Assembly (NCBI GenBank): GCA_021731245.1
Contig: JAKFXT010000019.1
Coordinates: 1-55,153, forward strand
Origin: Patescibacteria group bacterium
GTDB lineage: Bacteria; Patescibacteriota; Minisyncoccia; Phycocordibacterales; JAKFXT01
Direction of reading: 5' to 3'
Length of the DNA stretch: 55,153 bases
Both the position numbers and the translations under genes were made by a program. Positions within the stretch are counted from its first letter, which is position 1. Each line of letters begins with the position of its first letter. Shown piece by piece: positions 27,304 to 36,436 of this stretch. The notes under the pieces are model-generated. The model saw only the letters and a program-made list of their open reading frames with translations. It was not told the DNA's origin and searched no databases.

Positions 27304-27332
27304 TGACAATACTGCTTAAATATGGAATAATA
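27304..27332 (+). promoter_or_regulatory. promoter for orphan gene pair, divergent from TrmB
   Basis: TTGACA-N17-AATAAT with extended TG. Confidence 0.5.
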
Positions 27333-27403
27333 TATGAAGATAAGTACATTGAATCCGCGGATAACCGCAACCGCACCTCGGGCACTGGGGTAGGGAGAAG
27401 GAC

Positions 27404-27814
27404 ATGAGCACACAATACGATTGTTACACCGGTTTTATCCCCGCTCATTTCTGTGATGCGCGGGTGCTCCAGCTTCTCGAGGGGCTCAAACGCCTGAATA
27501 AAGAGGCTGTGCGGCTCGACGAGCATGGGGCGGAATTCCCAGTCGAGGAGGATTATACGGGGGGACCGTACATCTCTGGACTCTGGAAGGAGCGCCCGTT
27601 TGCGGAGTGGGCGAATGGGCTTATGGACGAGCTTATGCGAGAGAGGAAGATCTCTCTCACGTATCTCGGACACTTTGACTCGGGGGATTGTGGGTACGAT
27701 GAAGAAAAACTCCCCGCCCCCGAAGATTGGGAGGCCTTCCTTTCCCATTGCCCAACCCTTGTTCTTCGCGAAATCATAGCGAAGAGGCAGGAGTCGCTCG
27801 AGCCTTCACCGTAG
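27404..27814 (+). CDS. hypothetical acidic orphan protein, GC-rich
   Basis: GGGAGAAGGA SD, upstream promoter and ATG start. Confidence 0.65.
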   Translation: MSTQYDCYTGFIPAHFCDARVLQLLEGLKRLNKEAVRLDEHGAEFPVEEDYTGGPYISGLWKERPFAEWANGLMDELMRERKISLTYLGHFDSGDCGYDEEKLPAPEDWEAFLSHCPTLVLREIIAKRQESLEPSP

Positions 27815-27968
27815 TCTCGGGCACCATTACGCCGCATATGTCGGCTCGCCAAGCGCGAGAGTGGAGACAGAACGGCTTGGGAGAATCGTAAGATTCTCCC
27901 CTTTATAAAGTTTCTGAAATCAATCAGGAATTTTTAGAGGTTAGTTCTTAAACAATAGGGAGAATCAA

Positions 27969-28205
27969 ATGGACAGGGATAGCATCGGCATCTTTATAGA
28001 CACAAGTCATGGTCCGTCCCATTTGCAAAAGTTCGATGATGTTCTGGTCAAGAAATATCCCTTGGCCAGGTTGCATTTTCGACAGAATATTGCGGAAGTT
28101 AATAATAGCTTGGCTTCGCTTATGCCCAACATTACAAAAATGGAGCGTAAGAAGGAAGAAATCGGAGCCTACCTCGTCGAAATCGTTTATGTTGAATTTA
28201 GGTAA
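27969..28205 (+). CDS. hypothetical small orphan protein
   Basis: GGGAG SD; followed by the AAGAGCAG/CTGCTCTT + T-run terminator. Confidence 0.5.
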   Translation: MDRDSIGIFIDTSHGPSHLQKFDDVLVKKYPLARLHFRQNIAEVNNSLASLMPNITKMERKKEEIGAYLVEIVYVEFR

Positions 28206-28262
28206 CTAAATGATCGACAGCAAAGAGCAGTTTAGGCTGCTCTTTTTCTTTTTTCACTATCT

Positions 28263-28298
28263 CTTCCTCCTCTAATTCGCGCGAATTAGAGGAGGAAG
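28263..28298. repeat. perfect 36-bp palindrome (bidirectional terminator or REP-like)
   Basis: CTTCCTCCTCTAATTCGC|GCGAATTAGAGGAGGAAG. Confidence 0.8.
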
Positions 28299-28311
28299 TA
28301 AAATAAGAAAA

Positions 28312-29430
28312 CTAAGCTTGATTTTCTAAAAACTCAAAGATTTTTTCGTTTTTTATAACATGACGGAAGTATGATGCGGCACGCATCTTGTCTGTGTCTT
28401 TGTAATGCTCTTCCAAGTGTTTAACTTCCTTGTCTACCTCTTCATCTGTTGCTACGATTTTCTCCTCTCGTCCTATGGCATCCAAGATTAACTCCATTTT
28501 AGCTCTTTCAATTGCATCCTTCTCCCATTCTTTTCTTAAATCAGCTTCAGTTTTGTTTATTTTCTTTAGATAATCGGTAAATTGTAAATTCATACGACTA
28601 ATATCATCTTTCATTTGCCCAATCATTCTATCAAGTTCGCCCTCAATAATGACTTGGGGGATGTCTATTTCCGTTTTTTCTATTACTGCTTTGATAATGG
28701 AAAGGCGATTCTTCTCTTTTTTCTTCAATTCTTTTTCCTTTTTGATATTTTCTGTAAGCTTTTTCTTGAAATCTTCAACGTTTTCAAAATTGCCAACAGT
28801 TTTTACAAAATCATCATTTAATTCTGGTAGATCTTTATCTTCAATTATGTCAGCGGGGGATTTTTTGAGAGACATTCTGCGTACTGTGTTTATAGTATCC
28901 TCAATCTCTTTTTCATTAATAGAGACTTCTTCTTTAACAGAAGATTTTTTGGAAATATTTTTATAATCAGGCAAATCAAATTGAGGGAATACGGCTACGT
29001 CTATTTTAAATTCCATAGGGTTGCCTATTGCGAGCTTTGTTATAGAAATCATTGGGGCACCAAGTGGCTCCACTTTGCTTTCTAATAGAATCTCTCCATA
29101 ACAGCGAGAAAGGGCAAGTTCTCCTGCTTTTTCTAATAGGGCAAGTTCGCCCACTCTTTCTATAATGGTTTTTTCTGGTACATGACCTTTTCTAAATCCA
29201 GGAAGATCCACTTCTTTTTTGAAGTGATTTATGGCATCTCCCTTAAAAAGCTCTAGCGCTTTTACACTAATGGACCCTGAAATAGAGATTTCACTTTTTG
29301 GAAGCTTTGAGATATTTATATTCTCAAAAAGCTTCTCGTCTTTATGGCTCGTATGATTATGCTCGTCTGAATGACTGTGATCATGGTTGTGCCCGTGATG
29401 ATCGTGGTTGTGGTCGTTGTGTTTATGCAT
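28312..29430 (-). CDS. tig: trigger factor with His-rich N-terminus and no FKBP domain
   Basis: LPGFRKGHVP ribosome-binding motif, LPELNDDF and C-terminal domain; located near clpP. Confidence 0.92.
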   Translation of the reverse strand: MHKHNDHNHDHHGHNHDHSHSDEHNHTSHKDEKLFENINISKLPKSEISISGSISVKALELFKGDAINHFKKEVDLPGFRKGHVPEKTIIERVGELALLEKAGELALSRCYGEILLESKVEPLGAPMISITKLAIGNPMEFKIDVAVFPQFDLPDYKNISKKSSVKEEVSINEKEIEDTINTVRRMSLKKSPADIIEDKDLPELNDDFVKTVGNFENVEDFKKKLTENIKKEKELKKKEKNRLSIIKAVIEKTEIDIPQVIIEGELDRMIGQMKDDISRMNLQFTDYLKKINKTEADLRKEWEKDAIERAKMELILDAIGREEKIVATDEEVDKEVKHLEEHYKDTDKMRAASYFRHVIKNEKIFEFLENQA

Positions 29431-29484
29431 AGTCTTTTATTGAATTCATCAGTTTAAATTAAATTTAAATTTAAGCAAGTTATA

Positions 29485-29535
29485 TAAAAACCCCTTTCGT
29501 CTAAGGGTTTACCTTATGGCGAAAGGGGTTTTTAA
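29485..29535 (-). terminator. long hairpin/terminator
   Basis: TAAAAACCCCTTTCG...CGAAAGGGGTTTTTA. Confidence 0.6.
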
Positions 29536-29551
29536 TTAAAAATTTGTGATT

Positions 29552-29923
29552 TTAAATTGCAAGTTCTGCGTCTATATTATTCATATCAGAGTCTAAGTTA
29601 TCTAGATCTGTTGAATTTAAGTCTGCATTTATTTCACCAAGGTCATCGCTTGAGCCTTGTTGTTCTATAGAAGCAAGAGAAGTTTCATTTGTAGTACTTG
29701 TTTCTTGGGGCGGCACCACAGCTTCGTTTTGCCCAAGTTGCTGGCCATATAAATAGAGCCCACCCAAAACGACAATCAAAACAACAATTATAGAACCAAT
29801 TATTGGACCAGTTGAAGATTTGTGCTCATCATTTCCAATTGGAGGCATTTGATTCATTGGAGAGTTTGTTGCTGGGCCTCCTACTACTCCTGTCTGATTT
29901 GGCGTTGTGTTTATTCCATCCAT
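29552..29923 (-). CDS. hypothetical single-TM protein with acidic tail
   Basis: GPIIGSIIVVLIVVLGGLYLYG TM segment. Confidence 0.75.
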   Translation of the reverse strand: MDGINTTPNQTGVVGGPATNSPMNQMPPIGNDEHKSSTGPIIGSIIVVLIVVLGGLYLYGQQLGQNEAVVPPQETSTTNETSLASIEQQGSSDDLGEINADLNSTDLDNLDSDMNNIDAELAI

Positions 29924-29942
29924 ATTTTTTAATAATTATTAT

Positions 29943-30950
29943 TTATTGTACCGTAGTATTCGTTTCTGTAGAAATCACCGTACTGCTTGTTGTTGTTGCT
30001 CCCATTTGTCCTTGGAGAGATGTTACAGCTTTTCTTAGGTGTTCATTCGCTTCTTTTATTTTCTCATTAACCTTTTTAGTCGCTTCTTTTAGAGCTTCAA
30101 CTTGGCTTTTTGGATCAGTTGATGATGCCATGTTTCCAAAAGTAGAACTAATATTGCTTATACCGTTCTTAGCGTCAGTAATTGCAATCGTTGCAGTTGC
30201 GAGTTCCGCTTCCGCTGTCGCTGTATTGCCTCCGGCTGCTTTTATTTTTTCAACTCGGCTTTGAATTCTAGCGGAAAGTTTCTCAATACGTTCAATTGCG
30301 GCGGTTAAACGCTTAACTACGTTTTCAACCATGTTGGCCACACGCTCGAGCGCCTTTTGTTTCATTTCTTCGCGACGAACATCGGTTGAAGAAGCGATTT
30401 TCATTTTGCGATCTTCCAAAATCTTTTTTATATCCTCACGACTTTCTTCGCGACGGTCCTTTATGTCTTGGAAACCAGTTTCACGCTCCAATTTTATTTT
30501 CTCTTGCGCCTCTACTCTAAGATTCTTATTATCGAGTCTCATTGCTTCCGCCTTAACTTTAAGAGAAGCTTTTTCTTCTATTGTGAGACCGTCTTCACGA
30601 GCTGTTTGTACAGTGCCTTTAAGTTCCATACGATTCTCTTTTACTTCTCCTTTCAGATCTAAACGTGTGTCTTTATTTGTATTGATGACATCCTTTTTTA
30701 TAGCATTTACATCTTGTCTTTTTTCTTGCTGGACATTCTTGATAAGATTTTTATTTTTTTGAGCATTTTCCATGGCACGAGCCTTCATTTCAGGGGTCAT
30801 AATGACCGGAGCTGGCTTTATTTTAGGCGCTGGGAGAACATCTCCGCCAGTTTGGGCAGGATCTGCATTCTCAGTTTCAGCTTTAACGAAGACGGCCCCA
30901 CCAAAAAGTATAGAAAGGCCTATGATGATAGCTAATATATTTTTCTGCAT
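29943..30950 (-). CDS. secreted coiled-coil protein
   Basis: Signal peptide (..AVFVKA|E), long charged helical region and Thr-rich tail. Confidence 0.8.
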   Translation of the reverse strand: MQKNILAIIIGLSILFGGAVFVKAETENADPAQTGGDVLPAPKIKPAPVIMTPEMKARAMENAQKNKNLIKNVQQEKRQDVNAIKKDVINTNKDTRLDLKGEVKENRMELKGTVQTAREDGLTIEEKASLKVKAEAMRLDNKNLRVEAQEKIKLERETGFQDIKDRREESREDIKKILEDRKMKIASSTDVRREEMKQKALERVANMVENVVKRLTAAIERIEKLSARIQSRVEKIKAAGGNTATAEAELATATIAITDAKNGISNISSTFGNMASSTDPKSQVEALKEATKKVNEKIKEANEHLRKAVTSLQGQMGATTTSSTVISTETNTTVQ

Positions 30951-31047
30951 AATTTATAAGTTAGGTATTAATACTGATTCGAACCAATACATTATATAAC
31001 ACTCAAATTGAGTGTTAAAATTTCTTTTTGTTGATAACAAAAAAGGG

Positions 31048-31572
31048 TTATTTTTTGAATTCTTTGTTGTAAAGTTCAATGGATTTTGCAAAAGCTGCTT
31101 TTGCGTCCTCTGATGTGCCAAATCCCTTAACCTCGACTACCTTGTTTTGTAGTTTCTTATAAGTTGAGTAGAAATGCTCTATTTCTTTAAGGGTGTGCTT
31201 GTTTATATCCTTCAAATCCTGGATTTCGCTCCAGCGAGGGTCATCTGTTGGTACGGCTATGACTTTGTCGTCTCCTTCTCCGCTATCAATCATTTTTAAG
31301 AGGGCGATTGGTCTTGCGTGAACAAGAATACCCGGTAGTAGTGGGTAAGTAGTAAGCAGAATTACGTCGAGAGCATCCCCATCTTCCCATAGAGTTTGCG
31401 GAACAAATCCATAATCAAAAGGAAAGTCTTGTGCAGTGTGCGCCACGCGATCAAGCGCAATAAGACCAGATTTTTTGTCTATCTCGTATTTGTTTTTTGA
31501 GCCCTTATTTATCTCTACGATTACATTGAGCTCGTCTTTTGTTCCTGGTTCTATATCGTGCCAAAGATTCAT
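31048..31572 (-). CDS. ppa: inorganic pyrophosphatase (family I)
   Basis: KNKYEIDK, YGFVPQT, DGDALD and DSGEGDDK. Confidence 0.95.
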   Translation of the reverse strand: MNLWHDIEPGTKDELNVIVEINKGSKNKYEIDKKSGLIALDRVAHTAQDFPFDYGFVPQTLWEDGDALDVILLTTYPLLPGILVHARPIALLKMIDSGEGDDKVIAVPTDDPRWSEIQDLKDINKHTLKEIEHFYSTYKKLQNKVVEVKGFGTSEDAKAAFAKSIELYNKEFKK

Positions 31573-31626
31573 ATTTTTTATATTACTAAATAGTTTATCT
31601 ATTCTAGGTTTTTTTGACTATAAATA

Positions 31627-31665
31627 CAAATCCCTCCGCAAGTTTAAAACTTGCGGAGGGATTTG
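31627..31665 (-). terminator. hairpin after nusA
   Basis: CAAATCCCTCCGCAAGTTT-A-AAACTTGCGGAGGGATTTG. Confidence 0.65.
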
Positions 31666-31682
31666 ATTTTAGATTTTTATTT

Positions 31683-32843
31683 TTATGCAGAGACTTCTCC
31701 TTCTTCTTCAGAACTAGCCACACTTTCTCCAGCGAGAGAGGCTATATCAATGCGCCAACCGGTAAGCTTTGCAGCAAGACGAACATTTTGTCCGCCTTTT
31801 CCAATTGCAAGGGATTGTTGATCCTCGGAAACTATAACTTTTGCTTGATGGGTTTCAGAATCTATTTTAACTTCCAGTACTTTAGCAGGGGAAAGGGCGT
31901 CTTCAATAAACTTTTTAGGATCTTCTGACCACTCTATAACATCGATTTTTTCTCCACCCAATTCACTCATAACGGTAGAAACACGTACCCCACGTTGCCC
32001 CACCATTGAACCTACTGGATCAATATGAGGGTCGCTCGACGCTACTCCTACTTTTGAGCGAGAGCCAGCTTCTCTTGCAATTGATTTTATTTCTACGATT
32101 CCGTTACTAATCTCAGGTGTTTCTTGTTCAAAAAGTTTTGCTAAAAACTTAGGGTGTGAGCGAGAAAGCTTTAAGAAAACTCCACGAGGAGATTCTTCTA
32201 CAGCAAAAAGATACGCTCTTATGCGCTCACCTTGTTTGTAGCGCTCACCAGGGATTTGTTCTTCATAAGAAAGAACCCCCACCGCACGGCCCAAATTTAT
32301 AAAAAGGGCACCGCGCTCTATTCTTTCAACGGTTCCAGCTACGATTTCTCCTTCGCGTTTACCGAATTCTGAAACAACTGAAACTTTTTCAGCTTCACGA
32401 ATCTTTTGAATTATGACTTGTTTGGCTGTTTGAGCGGCAATGCGTCCAAAGTCAGACTTTGTTTCAAGAGGGAAGGTCACTTCTTCATCAAGTAGAGCGT
32501 CTCTCTTAATGCGCTTAGCATCAGATAGTAAAATGTGATGATCTTCATTAAAACGTGGACGAAAATCTTCTGGATCTGCCTCTTTTTCACCATTTAATTC
32601 CGCTTCTACTTCGTCCGGCATCTTTACGCGAGTTTCATCAACTACGAGTTTTACCTGTTCAAAGTTTAAAGAACCAGAACTTGTACTAAAGTGGGCGCGA
32701 ACAATTTGCCCCTTTTTTCCATATTCTTTACGATAAGCCGTTGCAAAGGAAGCTTCGATTGCTTCTACTATTTTTTCTCTTGGAATACCCCTATCGCTCT
32801 CCAATTCATTTAAGACTGAATTTATAACTTTTAAATCAAACAT
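31683..32843 (-). CDS. nusA: transcription termination factor NusA
   Basis: FGRIAAQTAKQVIIQKIREAE, AREAGSRSK and LAIGKGGQNVRLAAKLTGW. Confidence 0.97.
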   Translation of the reverse strand: MFDLKVINSVLNELESDRGIPREKIVEAIEASFATAYRKEYGKKGQIVRAHFSTSSGSLNFEQVKLVVDETRVKMPDEVEAELNGEKEADPEDFRPRFNEDHHILLSDAKRIKRDALLDEEVTFPLETKSDFGRIAAQTAKQVIIQKIREAEKVSVVSEFGKREGEIVAGTVERIERGALFINLGRAVGVLSYEEQIPGERYKQGERIRAYLFAVEESPRGVFLKLSRSHPKFLAKLFEQETPEISNGIVEIKSIAREAGSRSKVGVASSDPHIDPVGSMVGQRGVRVSTVMSELGGEKIDVIEWSEDPKKFIEDALSPAKVLEVKIDSETHQAKVIVSEDQQSLAIGKGGQNVRLAAKLTGWRIDIASLAGESVASSEEEGEVSA

Positions 32844-33014
32844 AATAATTTTATTTTAGCTTTTAGTTAAAAAAATAAGCCCGCAGGGAAGCGGACTATC
32901 AGGAACATCTATATATACTAGCATATACGGTATTTTTGTCAAACTCACTTTTTGTACCACTGTATCCCCATATTTAAAGATAATTTAAGCATTAGTTATA
33001 TATAATAGATACAA

Positions 33015-33347
33015 ATGAGTCTTTCTGATGAATTTTTTAAAGAAGAAGATCAAAGTAAAACCCCTCTGGCTAAGTGGCTTGTTCTCACAATAGTTTTTTT
33101 ATTTTTAGTATGGCTCATATGGGCAATTTTCTTTGGCGGTTTATTTAAAAAGAAAGAAGAGAAGGGATGGCCAACTACAATAGAAGAAAAAAAGGAAGTT
33201 CTAGATAATTTAAGTTTAGGAACTTCTTCTCCACCAATCTCAGTTTCTGAAAAAAAGAAAGTTTTGGAGAATCTTTCCAAAAAATCAGTAAAAACACCCG
33301 TAATGTCCGACGAAGAAAAATTCAAAGCTCTGCAGGGTCTCCAATAA
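33015..33347 (+). CDS. hypothetical single-TM protein
   Basis: One TM helix and a thrice-repeated ExK..L..L motif in the C-terminus. Confidence 0.65.
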   Translation: MSLSDEFFKEEDQSKTPLAKWLVLTIVFLFLVWLIWAIFFGGLFKKKEEKGWPTTIEEKKEVLDNLSLGTSSPPISVSEKKKVLENLSKKSVKTPVMSDEEKFKALQGLQ

Positions 33348-33439
33348 AAGTATTTTTGTGCACAAGTTTGAGAAATTTATTTTCTTACCTCTGATATAAT
33401 TGTTTGGAAAGAAGGGGAGGGCTCTTTCTCTATATTTTT

Positions 33440-35200
33440 ATGCATATACAAGAGGATCAATTAAAAGAATTTATTCTTGATTCTGGATTAGTCTCGCGAA
33501 GCGATTTCGAAGTTGCTGAAAAAGAGGCGATAAGTAAAGACCAGAACGTTGGGCAAATATTGATTTCGTCAGGCAAACTTTCGGAAGATGATTTGCGCCG
33601 TATACAAGCTTATATTCTTGGTATTCCTTTTGTAAATTTAAAAGGCCAGAAAATAGATTTTGAAATTTTAAATCTTATACCAGAGCCTATTGCTCGCAAT
33701 CATAATATTGTCAGTTTCAGAAAAGATAAAACCTCTCTTGAGGTTGCGATGTTAGACACGGAAGATTTGGGGGCAATTGATTTCGTTAAAAAGAAAGTGG
33801 GTCTAAAGGTTTTGCCACGTTTAACTGATACCGAATCGATGAAATCGGTTCTACTTCAATATCAAAAGTCACTGAAAGCAGAATTTGGCGACATAATCCA
33901 AAAGGAAAGTGACACACTTAAAACTTTGATGGAGGAAGCGGGAGGCGAGGAGGCCTCGGCTAAAGATTTGAAGAAATTGGCCGAAGATTTGCCTGTCGTT
34001 CGCATCGTGGACTCTCTTTTAAAGCATGCAATTATTCAAGATGCTTCCGACATTCATATTGAACCTATGGAAAATCAAGTTTTGGTTCGCTATAGAATAG
34101 ATGGAATGCTCCATGATGCTATGGTTCTGCCGAAAGCGGCAGGATCCTCAATCACCGCTCGTATAAAGGTGCTTTCAAATTTGAAACTTGATGAAAAGCG
34201 TCTTCCACAAGACGGACGCTTCAAAGTGGAATCAGAATCTCAAAAAGTTTCATTCCGTGTCTCGGTTTTACCGACTTATTTTGGTGAAAAAACTGTAATG
34301 CGCTTACTTAAAGAAAACGCTGGGGGATTTACTTTGGAAGGACTTGGGTTTCATGGGGAAGGATTAGAACTTATTCATGAAGCAACACAACTTTCTAGCG
34401 GAATGATTTTAACAACTGGACCAACAGGAAGCGGTAAAACCACCACACTTTATACTTTGCTCGATATTTTAAATACGCCGGATGTGAACATTTCAACAAT
34501 TGAGGACCCTATTGAATATCAAATGCCTCGCATTAATCAAACTCAAGTAAAATCAGAAATTGGTTTTAATTTTGCGTCCGGCCTCCGAACTCTAGTTCGC
34601 CAAGATCCGGACATAATAATGGTTGGTGAAATTCGTGATGAGGAAACAGCTTCTCTTGCGATTAACGCTGCCTTAACTGGTCACTTGGTGCTTTCTACTT
34701 TGCACACCAATTCCGCAGCAGGTGCCATACCTCGTCTTATAGATATGAAAGCTGAGCCATTTCTTTTGGTTTCAACAATTAAAGTTATTATTGCGCAAAG
34801 ATTGCTTCGTCGTCTTACGGCAAACAAGGAAGAGCATAAATTAACAAAAGCTGAAATTGAACAGTTAGGAAAAAGAGTTGATTTGGAAAGAATACTAACT
34901 TTTCTTAAAAAAGAAAAAATAGTCCCTGCGAACGCTTCTTGGGAAAGCGTGCCATTTTTTAGACCAAAGCCATCTAAAGATTCTGAAGACGGTTATGGCG
35001 GACGCGTTTCTATTCACGAAGTTTTGAAAATGACTACGACAATAAAAGAAATGATAATGAAAGGAGCGACAGCTGACCAAATTGAAGTTCAGGCTAAAAA
35101 AGACGGAATGATGACAATGCTTGAGGATGGAATATTCCAAGCAGTTAACGGGCTTACTACTATTGAAGAAGTTTTGCGTGTCGTAAATAGTGAACAATAA
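33440..35200 (+). CDS. pilB: type IV pilus assembly ATPase PilB/GspE
   Basis: ASDIHIEP, RLPQDGR, GPTGSGKTT, TIEDPIE, RQDPDIIMVGEIRD and GHLVLSTLHTN. Confidence 0.95.
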   Translation: MHIQEDQLKEFILDSGLVSRSDFEVAEKEAISKDQNVGQILISSGKLSEDDLRRIQAYILGIPFVNLKGQKIDFEILNLIPEPIARNHNIVSFRKDKTSLEVAMLDTEDLGAIDFVKKKVGLKVLPRLTDTESMKSVLLQYQKSLKAEFGDIIQKESDTLKTLMEEAGGEEASAKDLKKLAEDLPVVRIVDSLLKHAIIQDASDIHIEPMENQVLVRYRIDGMLHDAMVLPKAAGSSITARIKVLSNLKLDEKRLPQDGRFKVESESQKVSFRVSVLPTYFGEKTVMRLLKENAGGFTLEGLGFHGEGLELIHEATQLSSGMILTTGPTGSGKTTTLYTLLDILNTPDVNISTIEDPIEYQMPRINQTQVKSEIGFNFASGLRTLVRQDPDIIMVGEIRDEETASLAINAALTGHLVLSTLHTNSAAGAIPRLIDMKAEPFLLVSTIKVIIAQRLLRRLTANKEEHKLTKAEIEQLGKRVDLERILTFLKKEKIVPANASWESVPFFRPKPSKDSEDGYGGRVSIHEVLKMTTTIKEMIMKGATADQIEVQAKKDGMMTMLEDGIFQAVNGLTTIEEVLRVVNSEQ

Positions 35201-35207
35201 AATCAAA

Positions 35208-36428
35208 ATGTCTAAATTTAATGTAAAAGTTATTAATAAAACTGGCGGAATTGAAAGTAGGGTAATTGAAACTGTTTCAAAAGTAGCGCTTTATGAAGAA
35301 ATTAGACGAGGTGGTGGAAAGTTGGTTTCTGCTAGAGAAGTTTCTGAATTTGGTTTTCAAGTAATTTTAGACAAGATAGATTCATTTTTAAGTCGCATAA
35401 AGTTGCAAGACAAAATAATGTTTGCGAGAAACATTTCCGCCATGCTTTCCGCGGGACTGGCTCTTTCTCGCGCCATTATGATAATGGAAAGACAAACTAA
35501 AAATAAAAAGTTCAAAGTCATTCTGCAAGATATCAATGAAGAAATAAGTAAAGGAAGTACTTTTTCTCAGGGTTTGGCTAAATATCCAAAAGTTTTTTCT
35601 AAGCTACTTGTTTCCATGGTTAAAGCGGGAGAAGAAACAGGAAGCCTGGCTGATTCTTTGCTAGTCGTTTCTGATGAAATGGAAAAAAGTTATATGCTTC
35701 AGAAAAAAATAAAAGGGGCGATGTTGTATCCTGCAATTATTCTTACTGCCATGGTCGGAATTGGTGTCTTGATGATGATTTACGTGGTGCCGTCTCTTAC
35801 GGCGACTTTTAAGGAGTTAAATGTTGCACTTCCAACTTCTACTCGCATCATAATTTTTATGAGTGATTTTCTTCAGTCACACATGATTCTTTTTCTTGTT
35901 TCTTTGGTTGGAGGAATATTTGGTTTAATTGGTCTTTCACGTACAAAAAAAGGATCTCGTCTACTCGATTACATTACTCCTAGGTTTCCTATTATCGGCA
36001 CTATAGTTCAGGAGTCTTATGCTGCAAGAACTTCTCGTACGCTCTCTTCTCTTTTATCAGCTGGAGTGGAAGTTATTACGGCCCTTACTATTACGAGAGA
36101 CGTTTTAGCTAACTCATATTATAAAGACGTTCTCTCTGAAGCGGAAAAAGTAATTCAAAAAGGAGCCCCTCTTTCGGAAGTGTTTCTAAAGCATGAAGAA
36201 ATTTACCCAATCTTGGTTGGAGAAATGATGAGCGTGGGAGACGAAACAGGGTCTATTGCTGACATGCTTTTAAAATTAGCCGTTTTTTATGAAACGGAAG
36301 TTGATCAAAAGACAAAAGATCTCTCCACTATAATAGAGCCGTTTCTGATGCTCTTTATAGGAAGCGCTGTCGGATTCTTTGCTGTTGCAATGATTTCTCC
36401 TACATATTCAGTTCTTACCAATCTTTAA
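35208..36428 (+). CDS. pilC: type IV pilus platform protein PilC/GspF
   Basis: AGEETGSL, KIKGAMLYP, VGDETGSI and IIEP..M TM pattern. Confidence 0.94.
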   Translation: MSKFNVKVINKTGGIESRVIETVSKVALYEEIRRGGGKLVSAREVSEFGFQVILDKIDSFLSRIKLQDKIMFARNISAMLSAGLALSRAIMIMERQTKNKKFKVILQDINEEISKGSTFSQGLAKYPKVFSKLLVSMVKAGEETGSLADSLLVVSDEMEKSYMLQKKIKGAMLYPAIILTAMVGIGVLMMIYVVPSLTATFKELNVALPTSTRIIIFMSDFLQSHMILFLVSLVGGIFGLIGLSRTKKGSRLLDYITPRFPIIGTIVQESYAARTSRTLSSLLSAGVEVITALTITRDVLANSYYKDVLSEAEKVIQKGAPLSEVFLKHEEIYPILVGEMMSVGDETGSIADMLLKLAVFYETEVDQKTKDLSTIIEPFLMLFIGSAVGFFAVAMISPTYSVLTNL

Positions 36429-36436
36429 TTCAATTT

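Noticed and set aside
27248-27852. Minus-strand ORFs 27248-27748 and 27553-27852, and + ORF 27525-27779
   Set aside because: Shadows of the GC-rich 27404-27814 gene, which has the promoter and SD
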